DNA of 64,000 nt from Candidatus Iainarchaeum sp. (GCA_016198125.1 JACQJG010000009.1:5104-69103), one strand, 5' to 3'; shown: positions 35,095 through 45,321, counted from the first letter of the stretch. Translations and numbers: made by a program. The notes: generated by a model from the letters alone, not told the origin.

Positions 35095-36051
35095 ATGCCC
35101 ATGATTTCAGTAATCATCCCTGCGTACAACGCGGAAAAAACCATTTCAAACTGCCTGCATGCGCTTGAAGAGCAGAGCGTAAAAGAAAAATTTGAAGTCA
35201 TTATAGTAGATGACGGCAGCACAGACCGCACTGCCGAAACTGCCAAGGGCTTTAAGGGCGTACGCGTAATCCTTCAAGCCAATAAAGGCCCTGCGGGTGC
35301 ACGCAATCATGGCGCGCGCGAGGCATGTGGAGAAATCCTTGTTTTCACGGATGCGGACTGCGAGCCTGCTCCAAACTGGTTAATGGAAATGGCAAGGCCC
35401 TTGGAAGATTCTCTTGTAGGGGGCGTGCAGGGCGCCTATGCCACGCGCCAAAAAGAGGCTGTGGCGCGCCTCGTGCAATTGGAAATAGAGGAACGCTATG
35501 AGCGCATGAAAAAATCAAAGGAATTGGACTGGATTGGAACGTATGCCGCGGCATTCCGAAGAAAGGATTTCATGGAATTAAAGGGCTTTGATGAGGCATA
35601 CAAAACGTCTTCAGGTGAAGACCCTGATTTTTCATACCGCTTGCATGGAGCGGGAAAACGGCTTGCATTCAATCCGAATGCCGTTGTCTACCACACGCAT
35701 CCATGCACGTGGTCCAGGTACTTTTGGACAAAGTTCTACAGAGCGGCATGGCGCACCAAGTTGTACAAGGACCATCCGGGAAAGGCTGTGCACGACTCTT
35801 ACACGCCGCAATTACTCAAGGCCCAGATTATTTTGACTTATATTGCATTGGCCGGAGTTTTTCTTGGAAGCGGTTTTCTTGTCATTGGAGCATCAGCGGT
35901 TTTGCTTGGTTCTGGTTTTCCGTTTGCATTCTTTGTAAAGGAAAAGGAAAAAGGATTTTGGCTGGAAGCCCTTGCGCTGGTTGTAACGCGTTCATTTGCA
36001 TTCGCGTTGGGCTTGCCGTACGGCGTGCTAAAGGGGATGGTGGCCCGATGA
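35095..36051 (+). CDS. glycosyltransferase family 2 with C-terminal TM helices
   Basis: Contains ISVIIPAYNAEKTI...IIVDDGSTDRT...FTDADC, with two C-terminal hydrophobic helices. Confidence 0.8.
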   Translation: MPMISVIIPAYNAEKTISNCLHALEEQSVKEKFEVIIVDDGSTDRTAETAKGFKGVRVILQANKGPAGARNHGAREACGEILVFTDADCEPAPNWLMEMARPLEDSLVGGVQGAYATRQKEAVARLVQLEIEERYERMKKSKELDWIGTYAAAFRRKDFMELKGFDEAYKTSSGEDPDFSYRLHGAGKRLAFNPNAVVYHTHPCTWSRYFWTKFYRAAWRTKLYKDHPGKAVHDSYTPQLLKAQIILTYIALAGVFLGSGFLVIGASAVLLGSGFPFAFFVKEKEKGFWLEALALVVTRSFAFALGLPYGVLKGMVAR

Positions 36052-37172
36052 GTGAAAAAAAATTTAAAATTGTTCACGTGCTCCACCATTTTGAACCGTG
36101 CAAAGGCGGCATTGAGAGTGTGACATTGAACCTTTGCAGGCAATTGAAAAAAAAAGGCCATTCCGTTGAAGTGGTGTGCCTGAACAAGTGCCCGCATGGA
36201 ACCAGCTCCCTGCCGCCTGAAGAAACAATTGAAGGGATTGTCGTGCACCGCGTGCCCTTTTTGGATTTGAAGTGGTACAAGTGCCCGTTCCACGTCATGG
36301 AGAAAATTCCAAGAGACGCGGACATCGTGCACGTGCATGGACTGGGTTTTTTCTCTGATTTATTGGCATGGAATAGAAAACGGTTTTCCGGAAAGCTTGT
36401 GCTTTCAACCCACGGGGGCATTTTTCATTCAAATTCCAGCGTGTTCAAACAAATGTATTTCAATTTTATTGCAAGGCGGACATTGCGCGCATTTGACAAG
36501 GTCATTGCGGTAAGCGAGCACGATGGAACGCTGTTCAAACGCATTATTCCAGTAGAAAAAATGATTGTAATTGAGAACGGAGTTGACGTGGCGCAATTCA
36601 ATCCAAACCACGAAAGGGACGAAGACGCGTTCTTGTTTGTTGGGCGCTTCTCGGAAAACAAGCGCGTGGAATTGCTTGTAGAAACGCTGTTAGAGGCATT
36701 GCCACAAGAGCCTAAAATAAAACTCTGGCTGGCAGGAATAGATTGGAATGAGGCATTAAAGCATTTGAGAGAACGCGTGCGCGCGCTGGGCATTCAACGC
36801 AGCGTGGAATTTTTTGAGAAACCATCCAATGAAAAATTGAAAACCCTTTATGAGCGCGCAGGCCATTTTGTTTCGGCTTCTGCCTATGAAGGCTTTGGCC
36901 TTTCACTCGTGGAAGGAATGGGCGCAGGATGCATTGCCATTGTTCAGGGCATTGAATCCTTTGAACGGATTTTGGACCACGAAAAAAACGGGTTCCTTGT
37001 GGACTACTCCAACCCTGAACAGGTTGCGCACGAATGGGTGCGCATACGGGACTTGGACAGAAAAAACAAGGAAGGTTTGCGCGTTGAGGCGCGCAGGCGC
37101 GCCCTGGAATTTGACTGGTCAAAAAAGGTGGGGGAATTTGAACAGGTTTACATGGAAGTGAAGGGCCCATGA
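36048..37172 (+). CDS. glycosyltransferase family 4
   Basis: The ATG at 36048 overlaps the upstream stop (ATGA). Contains KIVHVLHHFEPCKGGIESV and the E-x7-E region SAYEGFGLSLVEGMGAGC. Track ORF 35703.. is an out-of-frame extension across the GT2 gene. Confidence 0.8.
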   Translation: MSEKKFKIVHVLHHFEPCKGGIESVTLNLCRQLKKKGHSVEVVCLNKCPHGTSSLPPEETIEGIVVHRVPFLDLKWYKCPFHVMEKIPRDADIVHVHGLGFFSDLLAWNRKRFSGKLVLSTHGGIFHSNSSVFKQMYFNFIARRTLRAFDKVIAVSEHDGTLFKRIIPVEKMIVIENGVDVAQFNPNHERDEDAFLFVGRFSENKRVELLVETLLEALPQEPKIKLWLAGIDWNEALKHLRERVRALGIQRSVEFFEKPSNEKLKTLYERAGHFVSASAYEGFGLSLVEGMGAGCIAIVQGIESFERILDHEKNGFLVDYSNPEQVAHEWVRIRDLDRKNKEGLRVEARRRALEFDWSKKVGEFEQVYMEVKGP

Positions 37173-38329
37173 AAGTTCTGTTGCTGTCAATGGATTTCAC
37201 AGTTCCTGGAATGCACGGGGGCAGTTCTCATGTGGAAGGAGTGGTGCGCGCATTGAACGCGTTGGGTCATGAAGTTTTTTTGTTTACTCGGAAAGAGTGT
37301 GGAAGCGCGGAATGGGCAGACCAAGCCTTATTACATCCCTATTACCTGCCTTTTGCCCGCATTGGGCTTGTGCGTATGGCACAATATTGGATGTACGCTT
37401 TTCTTGGGGCGCTTTGGCTTTCGTGGACAAAAGGCATTGACCTGGTGTGGGAGCGCTCAAGGCCGTTTGGAGGCGCGGGCATCCAGACCGCAACCATTCT
37501 ACATAAAAAATCCGTGTTTGAATTGAACGAGCCCTTGTTGTACACGTTTGCGGCCCCTGCAGAGTCGTTAAAGTACAAGGTTATGGCCCGCCTGCTTGGG
37601 TCCGCGGCGCGCAGGGCCTCTGTAGTAGTGGCCACCCATTCATGCATGGTGGAAGGCCTGAAGCCAAAGAAAGTGGACTTGACGGATTGGGGGGCAGACC
37701 CTGAATTGTTTGCAAAGGGGCCTCACGCAGACACTATTCGCAAGGCCCACGGCCTTGTAAAGGGCAAGACTGCATTGTACATGGGGAGCCTCCGCTCATG
37801 GCACGCGCTGCGTGAAACACTCAACGCCTTTTCACTGGTCATTGAAAAAGAACCCCAAGCAAAACTTCTTTTTTTTGGCCAAGGAGAACTTTCTGTACAG
37901 TGCGATCAATGGATAGCTGAATTCCATCTTCAGGGACACGTAAAAAAAATACCCTGTGTTCCACACCGCGAAGACCTTTCCGCTTTCATTCACGCCGCGG
38001 ATGTGTGCCTGGCCTTGTACAACCGGAACTTTGAATGGTTCAAAAAGTTGGATTACTTTTATTCGCCCATCAAAGTGCACGAGTACAAGGCGTGCGGGAA
38101 ACCTGTCGTGGCAAGTGATCTGGGCAATTTACGGAAACTGGTGGCAGATGGAAAGAATGGGTTTTTGGTGAATGAACAGGATGCACAAGAAACGGCTGAC
38201 GCAATCCTAAAACTGTTGCGCAATCCTGCGTTGCGCAAGAAAATGGGCGCGTTCAATCAAAAAGAAGTGCGCGAAAAGTATGCGTGGAAGGCATTGGTTC
38301 AAAAAACCCTTTCGTTATTGCAGGAATAA
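37169..38329 (+). CDS. glycosyltransferase family 4
   Basis: Contains MKVLLLSMDFTVPGMHGGSSHVEG and PIKVHEYKACGKPVVASDLGNL. ATGA overlap with the upstream gene. Confidence 0.75.
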   Translation: MKVLLLSMDFTVPGMHGGSSHVEGVVRALNALGHEVFLFTRKECGSAEWADQALLHPYYLPFARIGLVRMAQYWMYAFLGALWLSWTKGIDLVWERSRPFGGAGIQTATILHKKSVFELNEPLLYTFAAPAESLKYKVMARLLGSAARRASVVVATHSCMVEGLKPKKVDLTDWGADPELFAKGPHADTIRKAHGLVKGKTALYMGSLRSWHALRETLNAFSLVIEKEPQAKLLFFGQGELSVQCDQWIAEFHLQGHVKKIPCVPHREDLSAFIHAADVCLALYNRNFEWFKKLDYFYSPIKVHEYKACGKPVVASDLGNLRKLVADGKNGFLVNEQDAQETADAILKLLRNPALRKKMGAFNQKEVREKYAWKALVQKTLSLLQE

Positions 38330-38331
38330 GG

Positions 38332-39009
38332 ATGTTGAATGGCATGGGCAAATCCATTATTGTTCCCGCGTACAACGAAGAAGCAGGCATTGTTGAAGTG
38401 ATTAACCGGTGCAGGGCTGTTTGCCAGGCGGGCGATGAGATTGTAGTGGTGGACGATGGAAGTAAAGACAAAACCGCGGAACTTGCCCAAAAAGCAGGCG
38501 CACGCGTGGTAAAACTGGAAAAAAACAGGGGAAAAACCAGGGCGTTGCGTGAAGGCTTTTCTGTGGCGAAAAATGAAGTCATTGTAACCATTGACGCGGA
38601 TTGCACGTATCCGCCGGAAGCCATTCCTGAAATGGTAAAAGCATTGGATGGCGCAGACCTGGTGGTTGGAACGCGTTTCAGAAAAATGTGGCCCAGGGGA
38701 CTTCCCCTGCATCGCGTGCTGGCCAACAAGGTTGGAGCCCTGGTGACAAGCATTATTCTGATGCGCAAAATTACGGATGTTACCACTGGCTTGCGCGCGT
38801 TCCGAAAGCAGTTGATGAAAGAAATTCCAATTCATGCCCGGGGACTGGATTTCGAAGCCGAACTCACTGCGAGGGCCATCACGTGCGGGTACAGGTACAA
38901 AGAAGTGCCCATTGAAACCGATGAACGCAAAGGGGTCAGCACGCTTCGGTTTTTCCGGCACACGGGCATGTTTTTTGCGGCTGTGTTAAGGGGAAGATTT
39001 GGAAGGTAG
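38332..39009 (+). CDS. glycosyltransferase family 2 (dolichyl-phosphate sugar synthase-like)
   Basis: The ATG at 38332 lies 2 nt after the upstream stop. Contains SIIVPAYNEEAGI...VVVDDGSKDKT...TIDADCTY and is short (225 aa), as in DPM/DPG synthase-type GT2. Confidence 0.75.
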   Translation: MLNGMGKSIIVPAYNEEAGIVEVINRCRAVCQAGDEIVVVDDGSKDKTAELAQKAGARVVKLEKNRGKTRALREGFSVAKNEVIVTIDADCTYPPEAIPEMVKALDGADLVVGTRFRKMWPRGLPLHRVLANKVGALVTSIILMRKITDVTTGLRAFRKQLMKEIPIHARGLDFEAELTARAITCGYRYKEVPIETDERKGVSTLRFFRHTGMFFAAVLRGRFGR

Positions 39010-39011
39010 CC

Positions 39012-40238
39012 CTACATTGAACCTGAAAGAGCATGCATATACGTTTTTTCCAGTTCGTCTGCAAGGCGTGCATCATAGGAAAAACGGTGTTCAACCATTT
39101 TGCGCGCGTTTTTTCCCAGGCGCACGCCCAGTGCAGGGTTGTGCATCAGTTCTTCGAAGGCATGTGCAAGTGCTTGGGGTTGATGGGGTTCAACAAGCAA
39201 TCCTGTTTTATGGTCTTCAACTGCTTCCGGAATGCCCCCCACTCTTGTTGCGACAAGGGGCTTGGCGCACGCCATGGCTTCCAGTACGCCGTGGGGAAAA
39301 GGATCGTACCACGATGGAAGCACAACCATGTCATGCCGGGCAATAATGGAAGGCAGGCGTTCATGGGGTACTGCATTTTGAAAATGTATGCAATGGCCAA
39401 GGCCTTTTTGTTGGACCGTGTGGGTCAACTCCTTTTGGTAGGAGCCGGTACCAAGGATGGTCAATTCAAATAGAGGTCCTTCTTTTTCAACAAGAATTTT
39501 TAATGCTTCGGCAAGGTCCTGCAATCCTTTCCAGGGCACAATTCTTCCAAAGTACAGGATTTTGAACACCCCATTGGATGGAGGTGCGGTCTTTGAAGGT
39601 GCAAACAGGTTTGAGTCCACCGCGTTGTGCACCACGAAAGTTTTTTCAGGAGAAATACCTTGGGCTTCCAGCCTGCTTTTTTGAAATGCACTGGGTGCTA
39701 TCAAGTACTGGGCATGGGAGGCAAGCGAATATTGCAAGAAGTCCATGAAGCGCACGCGCAATGGAAGGGTATTCGGGGCACTTGCCTCGTATTTTTTTTG
39801 CATTTCTTCAAAAGACATTTTTCCATTGTTTAACAGGTATTCCACGGACAAATCTCCAGTGTACTTGGCTAGAAGCGGAATGGAACGCAGGGAAAACAGG
39901 CGGCCTTTCACGGCCGCTGAAACGCTGATATTTAAATCATGGGCGTGAATAATGTCAATATTCTTGTCGCGCACAAGCTTGAATACCAGCCATGAAAGGC
40001 CTTCGATTGCTGAAAGTCCGTCCAGCAAGCCATACCTTGAGGGGTCTTTTCCAGCATACCATGCCCGATTCACATCAAAACCGTTCACGTGTTCATGATT
40101 TGGGAATCCTGGAAAGGCCAGTGCGGCCACATGAACAGAGTGGCCTTTTTCGGCAAGCAGTTTGGCGATGACAGGGACTGAAGAAGCAGGGCCTCCAATG
40201 CGCGGAGGGTAATTGGCGGATACATGCAAAATGTTCAT
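39012..40238 (-). CDS. glycosyltransferase family 4
   Basis: Contains MNILHVSANYPPRIGGPASSV and SWYDPFPHGVLEAMACAKPLVATRVGGIPE. Confidence 0.8.
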   Translation of the reverse strand: MNILHVSANYPPRIGGPASSVPVIAKLLAEKGHSVHVAALAFPGFPNHEHVNGFDVNRAWYAGKDPSRYGLLDGLSAIEGLSWLVFKLVRDKNIDIIHAHDLNISVSAAVKGRLFSLRSIPLLAKYTGDLSVEYLLNNGKMSFEEMQKKYEASAPNTLPLRVRFMDFLQYSLASHAQYLIAPSAFQKSRLEAQGISPEKTFVVHNAVDSNLFAPSKTAPPSNGVFKILYFGRIVPWKGLQDLAEALKILVEKEGPLFELTILGTGSYQKELTHTVQQKGLGHCIHFQNAVPHERLPSIIARHDMVVLPSWYDPFPHGVLEAMACAKPLVATRVGGIPEAVEDHKTGLLVEPHQPQALAHAFEELMHNPALGVRLGKNARKMVEHRFSYDARLADELEKTYMHALSGSM

Positions 40239-40268
40239 GGAAAGGCCTTTAACGATTCTGGGGGTGTA

Positions 40269-41258
40269 TTAAAACACGTTGATGTTGATTTCACTGGAAT
40301 AACTGCACGTCTGGCAAATGTCAAGTTCCTGGCGCAGGATTTGCCTGCGCATCTTCTGGTATTCTGGAGAACGCCAAATCTCCTTGAACGGCTTTTCGTT
40401 GACGTTTCCAACCACGTGCTTTCCGTCCCCGTCATAGCAGCAGCTGCTTACATCCCCGTTCCATAGAATGTTCGTGCCCCACGCCCAATAACAAATGGAT
40501 TTTTTGTTTTCGTGCACGCTTCGGATGAATTGCCTGCTTTCCGGAAGGAAAATGCTTTGCTTGGCAAGCTTTTCTTTGATGTCCTTGTACGCGCCAATGG
40601 AAATGGTTTTGAAGATCATGTGGTCCACTCCAAATTCGCGGGCCATTTTAACAATGTCTGCGAGCTGGTGCTCGTTGGATTTCATTACCAGGGTTTGAAG
40701 AGTTATGATTGGCTTGTCAAACCCGTTTTCTTTTTTGTACGCACATATTTTTTGAATATTTTCAACTGTAGTGTTAAAGTTGGATCCAATGCGGTAGAAT
40801 TCATGGGCCTGCGCCGTGGCGCCATCCAGCACGACAATCAGATGGGAGAGCCCGCTCTCAAATATTTGGGGCAGGAATTTGTCGATAATAGTGGTGTTGG
40901 AGCTTATTTTTACCTTGATGCCTTTTCCTTCTGCGTATTTTATCATTTTGAACAGGTCTGGGCACATGAAGGGTTCGCCTTGGCCGAACAATTCAATGGT
41001 TTCTGTTTTGCGCGGCAGTCCATCCACGAGGTTTTTGAAGGTCTCAAAGGACATGTTTCCTGTTTCCCGTGTCATGGTTTCACGCAGACACAAGGGGCAC
41101 TTGAGGTTGCACCTTGAAGTGGGTTCAACGGCTAAGACAAGCGGGGCATTCGCGTACAAAATGGAATCAGGAACCATGGAGAGCAGCCTGGATGTTGACT
41201 CAAAGGGCGCGTATTTGACCATTTTGCGTCCCACGAATTTCATTGCACGGGTAAGCAT
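40269..41258 (-). CDS. radical SAM enzyme with C-terminal SPASM/twitch-like Cys cluster
   Basis: Cluster motif EPTSRCNLKCPLCLRE. C-terminal Cys-rich region CYWAW...VSSCCYDGDG...LDICQTC. The start is taken at the ATG at 41258, just downstream of the upstream stop. Confidence 0.8.
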   Translation of the reverse strand: MLTRAMKFVGRKMVKYAPFESTSRLLSMVPDSILYANAPLVLAVEPTSRCNLKCPLCLRETMTRETGNMSFETFKNLVDGLPRKTETIELFGQGEPFMCPDLFKMIKYAEGKGIKVKISSNTTIIDKFLPQIFESGLSHLIVVLDGATAQAHEFYRIGSNFNTTVENIQKICAYKKENGFDKPIITLQTLVMKSNEHQLADIVKMAREFGVDHMIFKTISIGAYKDIKEKLAKQSIFLPESRQFIRSVHENKKSICYWAWGTNILWNGDVSSCCYDGDGKHVVGNVNEKPFKEIWRSPEYQKMRRQILRQELDICQTCSYSSEININVF

Positions 41259-41259
41259 G

Positions 41260-42213
41260 CTATTTTCCCCCCGACAATACACTGCGGGTCACATACACCG
41301 GGAGCACGGCCGCGCGCACCAATGTTGAGAGCGCTTCCACCAGGCCCACTTGAATGGAGGATCCCACATTCAAAGACGCTTGGCGCGCGGATATGAGCGC
41401 AACTGCAAATGGCAGAATGCCAAGCACGCCAAGAACGCTTAAAACTCCAAAACCGCCCAACGCGCCCGTGACAAATAATGCGAGTACAAGGTAAAGTGCT
41501 ACTGCAAGTCCAAAGTCTGCATCCCATTTTTTGGAGTGAAGAAAGTGAAACGCCTTGCCCTTGGCATACCAGGCATGTTTTTTCACATACTCCCAAATGC
41601 TTCCCTTTTCTTCCAGGTGAATCATGGAGTATCCGTTTAGGCGAAGTATGCGGTAGCCTTTTGCCCGAAGCCTGCCGGCAATAAAACCCTCTTCCTGGGC
41701 GACCAGGCGTTCATCCAGGCTTCCAACGGCGCGTTCATAGGCTTCTTTTTTTACTATAAAATTTCCCCCCAACGTATCAATGTACCCTGTTTTGTCCAGG
41801 CGCCTGAACCGCGCCTCGTACAATTTTGAGAACAATGTGCGTGTTGAATACTGTTTGCGCAGCCCTATGACCCCGCCAAGCGTGGAATCGTTTTCGAATG
41901 CATCCATCGCACGTTCAAGGAAACCCTTTTCCACCAATGAATCGCCGTTGACGACAAACACGTATTCTCCTTTTGCTTCGCGCATGCCGGTGTTGTACGC
42001 AAGCGGAATGGAAGCATGTGAAAGCCGAATCACGCGTGCATTTTTTTCCGAGGCAATCTCGCAGGTAGAATCGCTGGAAAGGCTGTCGACTACAATAACT
42101 TCCTTGTTTGAATAATTCAAGGCGTTCACGCAGTCCAGGCACTTTCCAATGAACTCTGCCTTGTCTTTGGTGGTGACGAGAACAGTTACAAGCGGCTTTT
42201 TGGACATATCCAA
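41260..42213 (-). CDS. glycosyltransferase family 2 with C-terminal TM helices
   Basis: Contains VTVLVTTKDKAEFI...VIVVDSLSSDST...VVNGDS, with C-terminal hydrophobic helices. The start abuts the rSAM stop. Confidence 0.75.
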   Translation of the reverse strand: MDMSKKPLVTVLVTTKDKAEFIGKCLDCVNALNYSNKEVIVVDSLSSDSTCEIASEKNARVIRLSHASIPLAYNTGMREAKGEYVFVVNGDSLVEKGFLERAMDAFENDSTLGGVIGLRKQYSTRTLFSKLYEARFRRLDKTGYIDTLGGNFIVKKEAYERAVGSLDERLVAQEEGFIAGRLRAKGYRILRLNGYSMIHLEEKGSIWEYVKKHAWYAKGKAFHFLHSKKWDADFGLAVALYLVLALFVTGALGGFGVLSVLGVLGILPFAVALISARQASLNVGSSIQVGLVEALSTLVRAAVLPVYVTRSVLSGGK

Positions 42214-43707
42214 TTAGCTCCCTGAAGCGCGCGAGACAAATGATTTAAAGTATTGGAGGAAGCCCTTCATGTTTCTCTGCAGGTCCCATACTGAACGAAT
42301 TTTTGTAATGCGGTGCAAAATATACCTGGGGCGCATGTAAAATTCTTTGTAGGCCTGTTTTTGCTTGCCCACCAGGTATTCGGCCGTCAAACCCTTGGTC
42401 ACAAATACAGGTTTGTCTGTTGCCACCATGTATCCTTCGAATGCCCCTTCATCAAAGTCCCCATATTGCGCTGCATATTGATACAAGGGAGCTCCAGGGT
42501 ATGGAACAGTAATGTTGAAACTCGCCGTACTGAGCGGGAGGGATTTGGCAAATACAATGGTGTCTTGAATGCTTTCCTCGTTGTCTGTGGGCAGGCCAAT
42601 TTGAAAGTATCCTTTTGCTTCAATGCCTGCCTTGTTGCAAATGGTTACCGCGTCGCGCACCTGCTGGAGGGTAATGCCTTTTTTAATGAAGTTGAGCACG
42701 CGTTGGCTTCCTGATTCAATTCCAAAGCTTATTTGCCAGCAGCCTGCGCGCTTCATCTTTTTTGCAAGGTCCAAGGTAATGGAATGCACGCGGCCCTCGC
42801 AACTCCACGTCATGTCCAACCCCCTTGAAAGGATTTCATCGCAAATGGCTTCCACTCTCTTCATATCAAATAGGAAGTTGTCATCGTAAAAGTTAATTTC
42901 CCGTATACCATGCCCTTTGTTCAGCATTTCCATTTCGTCCACTACATTCTTGGCGCTTCTGCCCCTGAAGGTGTCGCCAAAACTGGACTTGTCGCAGAAA
43001 ATGCATTTGAATGGGCACCCGCGCGAGCTCATCATGGTTGTAACCGGCCACCGCTTGTACTTGGTGCTGGGCCTGTAAGCTGTAAGAGCCGGTAAGAGGT
43101 CGCGGGCAGGAAATGGAATGGCATCAATGTCTTTAATCAAAGGCCTTGGCGGGTTGCGCATGACCTGGCCATTCTTTTTGTATGCCAGCCCTTGAATTTC
43201 TTCCGGAATTTTTTTTCCTTCCACGAATTGAAGGAGGTCGCAAAAGGTTTCTTCGGCTTCTCCCGATACACCAAAATCGAATGCATTGCTTTGCAGGGTG
43301 CGCTCGGGCATGGCACTGAAGTGAGGTCCGCCAATGACAATGGGAATGCTCATCTTTTCCTTTATTGTTTGGCATATTTTTTCCATGCGTGGGTGTGAAA
43401 CAGTAACGGATGTTACGGCAAGAATATCGCATTTGGAATCAAGGATTCGTTGAATGGTTTGTTCTTCGGTAATGAATTCTGCAAAGGCATCAATTAATTC
43501 CACGCGATAGCCTTTTTCGCGCACGTATCCTGCAATGTACGCCATTCCCAGGGGCGGGTTGACCATGATCATGCCTGGGTCGTAATTCAACATTTCTTCA
43601 TGGGACAATGGGGGGGTGACCATGGTTATTTTCAGGGTTTTCGCATGCAAAGGGGCTTGAGGGACTTCGGGCAAACCTGGGCGTTGACCAATTTGAACAA
43701 GTTCCAT
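42214..43707 (-). CDS. cobalamin(B12)-binding-domain radical SAM enzyme (paralog 2)
   Basis: Contains SSRGCPFKCIFCDK and FGIESGSQRVLNFIKKG. The start is set at the ATG at 43707 (MELVQIG...) because the 33-codon track extension to 43806 covers TATA-like boxes and the inverted-repeat motif. Confidence 0.85.
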   Translation of the reverse strand: MELVQIGQRPGLPEVPQAPLHAKTLKITMVTPPLSHEEMLNYDPGMIMVNPPLGMAYIAGYVREKGYRVELIDAFAEFITEEQTIQRILDSKCDILAVTSVTVSHPRMEKICQTIKEKMSIPIVIGGPHFSAMPERTLQSNAFDFGVSGEAEETFCDLLQFVEGKKIPEEIQGLAYKKNGQVMRNPPRPLIKDIDAIPFPARDLLPALTAYRPSTKYKRWPVTTMMSSRGCPFKCIFCDKSSFGDTFRGRSAKNVVDEMEMLNKGHGIREINFYDDNFLFDMKRVEAICDEILSRGLDMTWSCEGRVHSITLDLAKKMKRAGCWQISFGIESGSQRVLNFIKKGITLQQVRDAVTICNKAGIEAKGYFQIGLPTDNEESIQDTIVFAKSLPLSTASFNITVPYPGAPLYQYAAQYGDFDEGAFEGYMVATDKPVFVTKGLTAEYLVGKQKQAYKEFYMRPRYILHRITKIRSVWDLQRNMKGFLQYFKSFVSRASGS

Positions 43708-43753
43708 TTCCTGTAAACCCCCTTTATATATAGGATTAGTTAACCCGTGGGTG

Positions 43754-43784
43754 CATTTAAAAGTATAGGTTTTTGGTACAAAAG
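43754..43784 (-). promoter_or_regulatory. CTTTTGTACCAAAAA near-palindrome plus TATA-like box (CTTTTAAATG) upstream of the minus-strand rSAM operon
   Basis: Read on the minus strand, the motif is at 43784-43770, followed 6 nt later by the TATA at 43763-43754. The ATG is at 43707. This is the same order as at 62671-62700. Confidence 0.45.
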
Positions 43785-43884
43785 AACCTGGAAGACTGTT
43801 TTTCAATGAGCTCGAACCAATAAAATTAATAAAGCGTGGGGAATCGTTTTAATCCATTAAAAGCGGTTTTTCAGAAGGGCTGGC

Positions 43885-45321
43885 ATGAAAGTATTGTTTG
43901 TACTGCAGGACCTTTACACGGAATCCATTCCCCTGATGACCTTGTCGGCTGTACTCAAGCAGGCCGGGCATGAAACCGACCTGGTATTGTTGTCCCATGA
44001 ACCCAACTACAAGGAAGCCGTAAAAGCCTTCAAGCCCGACATGATATGTTTTTCTGTTCTGGGCAGCATGATGCGCGAATTCTACTTCAACCTTTCCGCA
44101 GAACTCAAAAAAGAAACCCCGTTCGTTTCCGTTTTTGGAGGCGTGCCAGCCACTATGACCCCTGAATTGTTTGTTTCAAACGATGCAGTGGACGTGGTGT
44201 GTGTAGGCGAAGGGGATGAAGCCATTGTTGAATTGGTCCAGGCCCTGCAAACAGGGACAGATTACACGTGCATTCAAAACCTTTGGGTGAAAAAGAATGG
44301 GACTATTTACAAGAACCCTGTACGCAACCTTATTCCCATGGTAGATGAATTGCCGGACCCCGACCGGGAACTCATTTACAAGTACCCTGACTTTAAGGAA
44401 AAGGAAATAAAAAATTTCCTTACTACACGCGGGTGCCCGTTTCCATGCACGTACTGCTACAATCACTTCATGCATGGACTCTACAAAGGAAAAGGAGTGT
44501 ATGTGCGTAGGAGAAGCGTTCGAAGAGTAATCGATGAAATTAAACGCGTGCGCGACACGTATGGATTGGAGCGCGTGAACTTTGTGGATGACTTGTTCAC
44601 CATCGACCAGAAATGGGTGCTTGAATTTTGCGATGTGTATAAGAAAGAGGTTGGCCTGCCGTTCATTTGCCAGACGCGCGCGGAAATGGTGAACGATGAA
44701 CTGGCTCGCGCGCTCAAGGAAGCTAACTGCTGTTCCGTAGACTTTGCCATTGAATCTGGAAATGACTTTTTGCGCAACGATGTGATGCGGCGCAACATGA
44801 CCAAAGAACAAATTTTGAATGCCGGCCGCGTCCTGCACAAGCACAAAGTTAATTTTACCACGCTCAACATGGTGGGGCTTCCCGGGGAAAGCATTGAGAA
44901 TGCGTTTGAAACCATGGAATTGAATGCCAAAGTGAACCCCAATTATGCGGCCATCTACTTGTACCAGCCTTATGAAGGATTGAAACTCACAGAGTACGCA
45001 AAAGAACACGGGTATTTGGACAAAGACAAGGAAAAACACGTAGACTATCATTATGGCGTGTCATTAAACCTGAAAAACAAACACGAATTCAAAAACGTCC
45101 ATGACCTGTTCTTTTTGGGAGTCAAGTTTCCATTCCTTATTCCCACCATAAAAAAATTGGTAAAAGCCCCTTCAAATCCTGTCTACCATGCTTTTGGGAG
45201 AGGAGCAAGCGCGTATGCCAGTCTCTTTGTGACTCAATATACATCCCTGGGCTTTCAATTGAAGCGCGTGAAAAAGCTTGCACGTTTGAAACTGGGATTG
45301 GGCGCTAAGGCCAGCGCTTGA
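43885..45321 (+). CDS. cobalamin(B12)-binding-domain radical SAM enzyme (paralog 3)
   Basis: MKVLFVLQD... N-terminal Rossmann-like domain, TTRGCPFPCTYCYN, and FAIESGNDFLRNDV. Confidence 0.85.
   Translation: MKVLFVLQDLYTESIPLMTLSAVLKQAGHETDLVLLSHEPNYKEAVKAFKPDMICFSVLGSMMREFYFNLSAELKKETPFVSVFGGVPATMTPELFVSNDAVDVVCVGEGDEAIVELVQALQTGTDYTCIQNLWVKKNGTIYKNPVRNLIPMVDELPDPDRELIYKYPDFKEKEIKNFLTTRGCPFPCTYCYNHFMHGLYKGKGVYVRRRSVRRVIDEIKRVRDTYGLERVNFVDDLFTIDQKWVLEFCDVYKKEVGLPFICQTRAEMVNDELARALKEANCCSVDFAIESGNDFLRNDVMRRNMTKEQILNAGRVLHKHKVNFTTLNMVGLPGESIENAFETMELNAKVNPNYAAIYLYQPYEGLKLTEYAKEHGYLDKDKEKHVDYHYGVSLNLKNKHEFKNVHDLFFLGVKFPFLIPTIKKLVKAPSNPVYHAFGRGASAYASLFVTQYTSLGFQLKRVKKLARLKLGLGAKASA

Noticed and set aside
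35703-36047. A 115-codon upstream extension of the GT4 ORF (track ORF 35703..37172).
   Set aside because: It runs out of frame across the 3-prime end of the well-supported GT2 gene. The ATG at 36048 forms an ATGA overlap and begins a canonical GT4 N-terminus.
38299-38961. A 220-aa minus-strand ORF. Similar long antisense ORFs occur at 44176..45051, 53516..54238 and 61146..61745.
   Set aside because: Each lies opposite a gene with clear family motifs (GT2, rSAM, GT4, rSAM). They are antisense artefacts.
42214-43806. The full-length 530-aa version of the minus-strand rSAM ORF.
   Set aside because: The first 33 codons (43708-43806) cover two TATA-like boxes and the near-palindromic motif. The Met at 43707 gives a length comparable with the paralogs.
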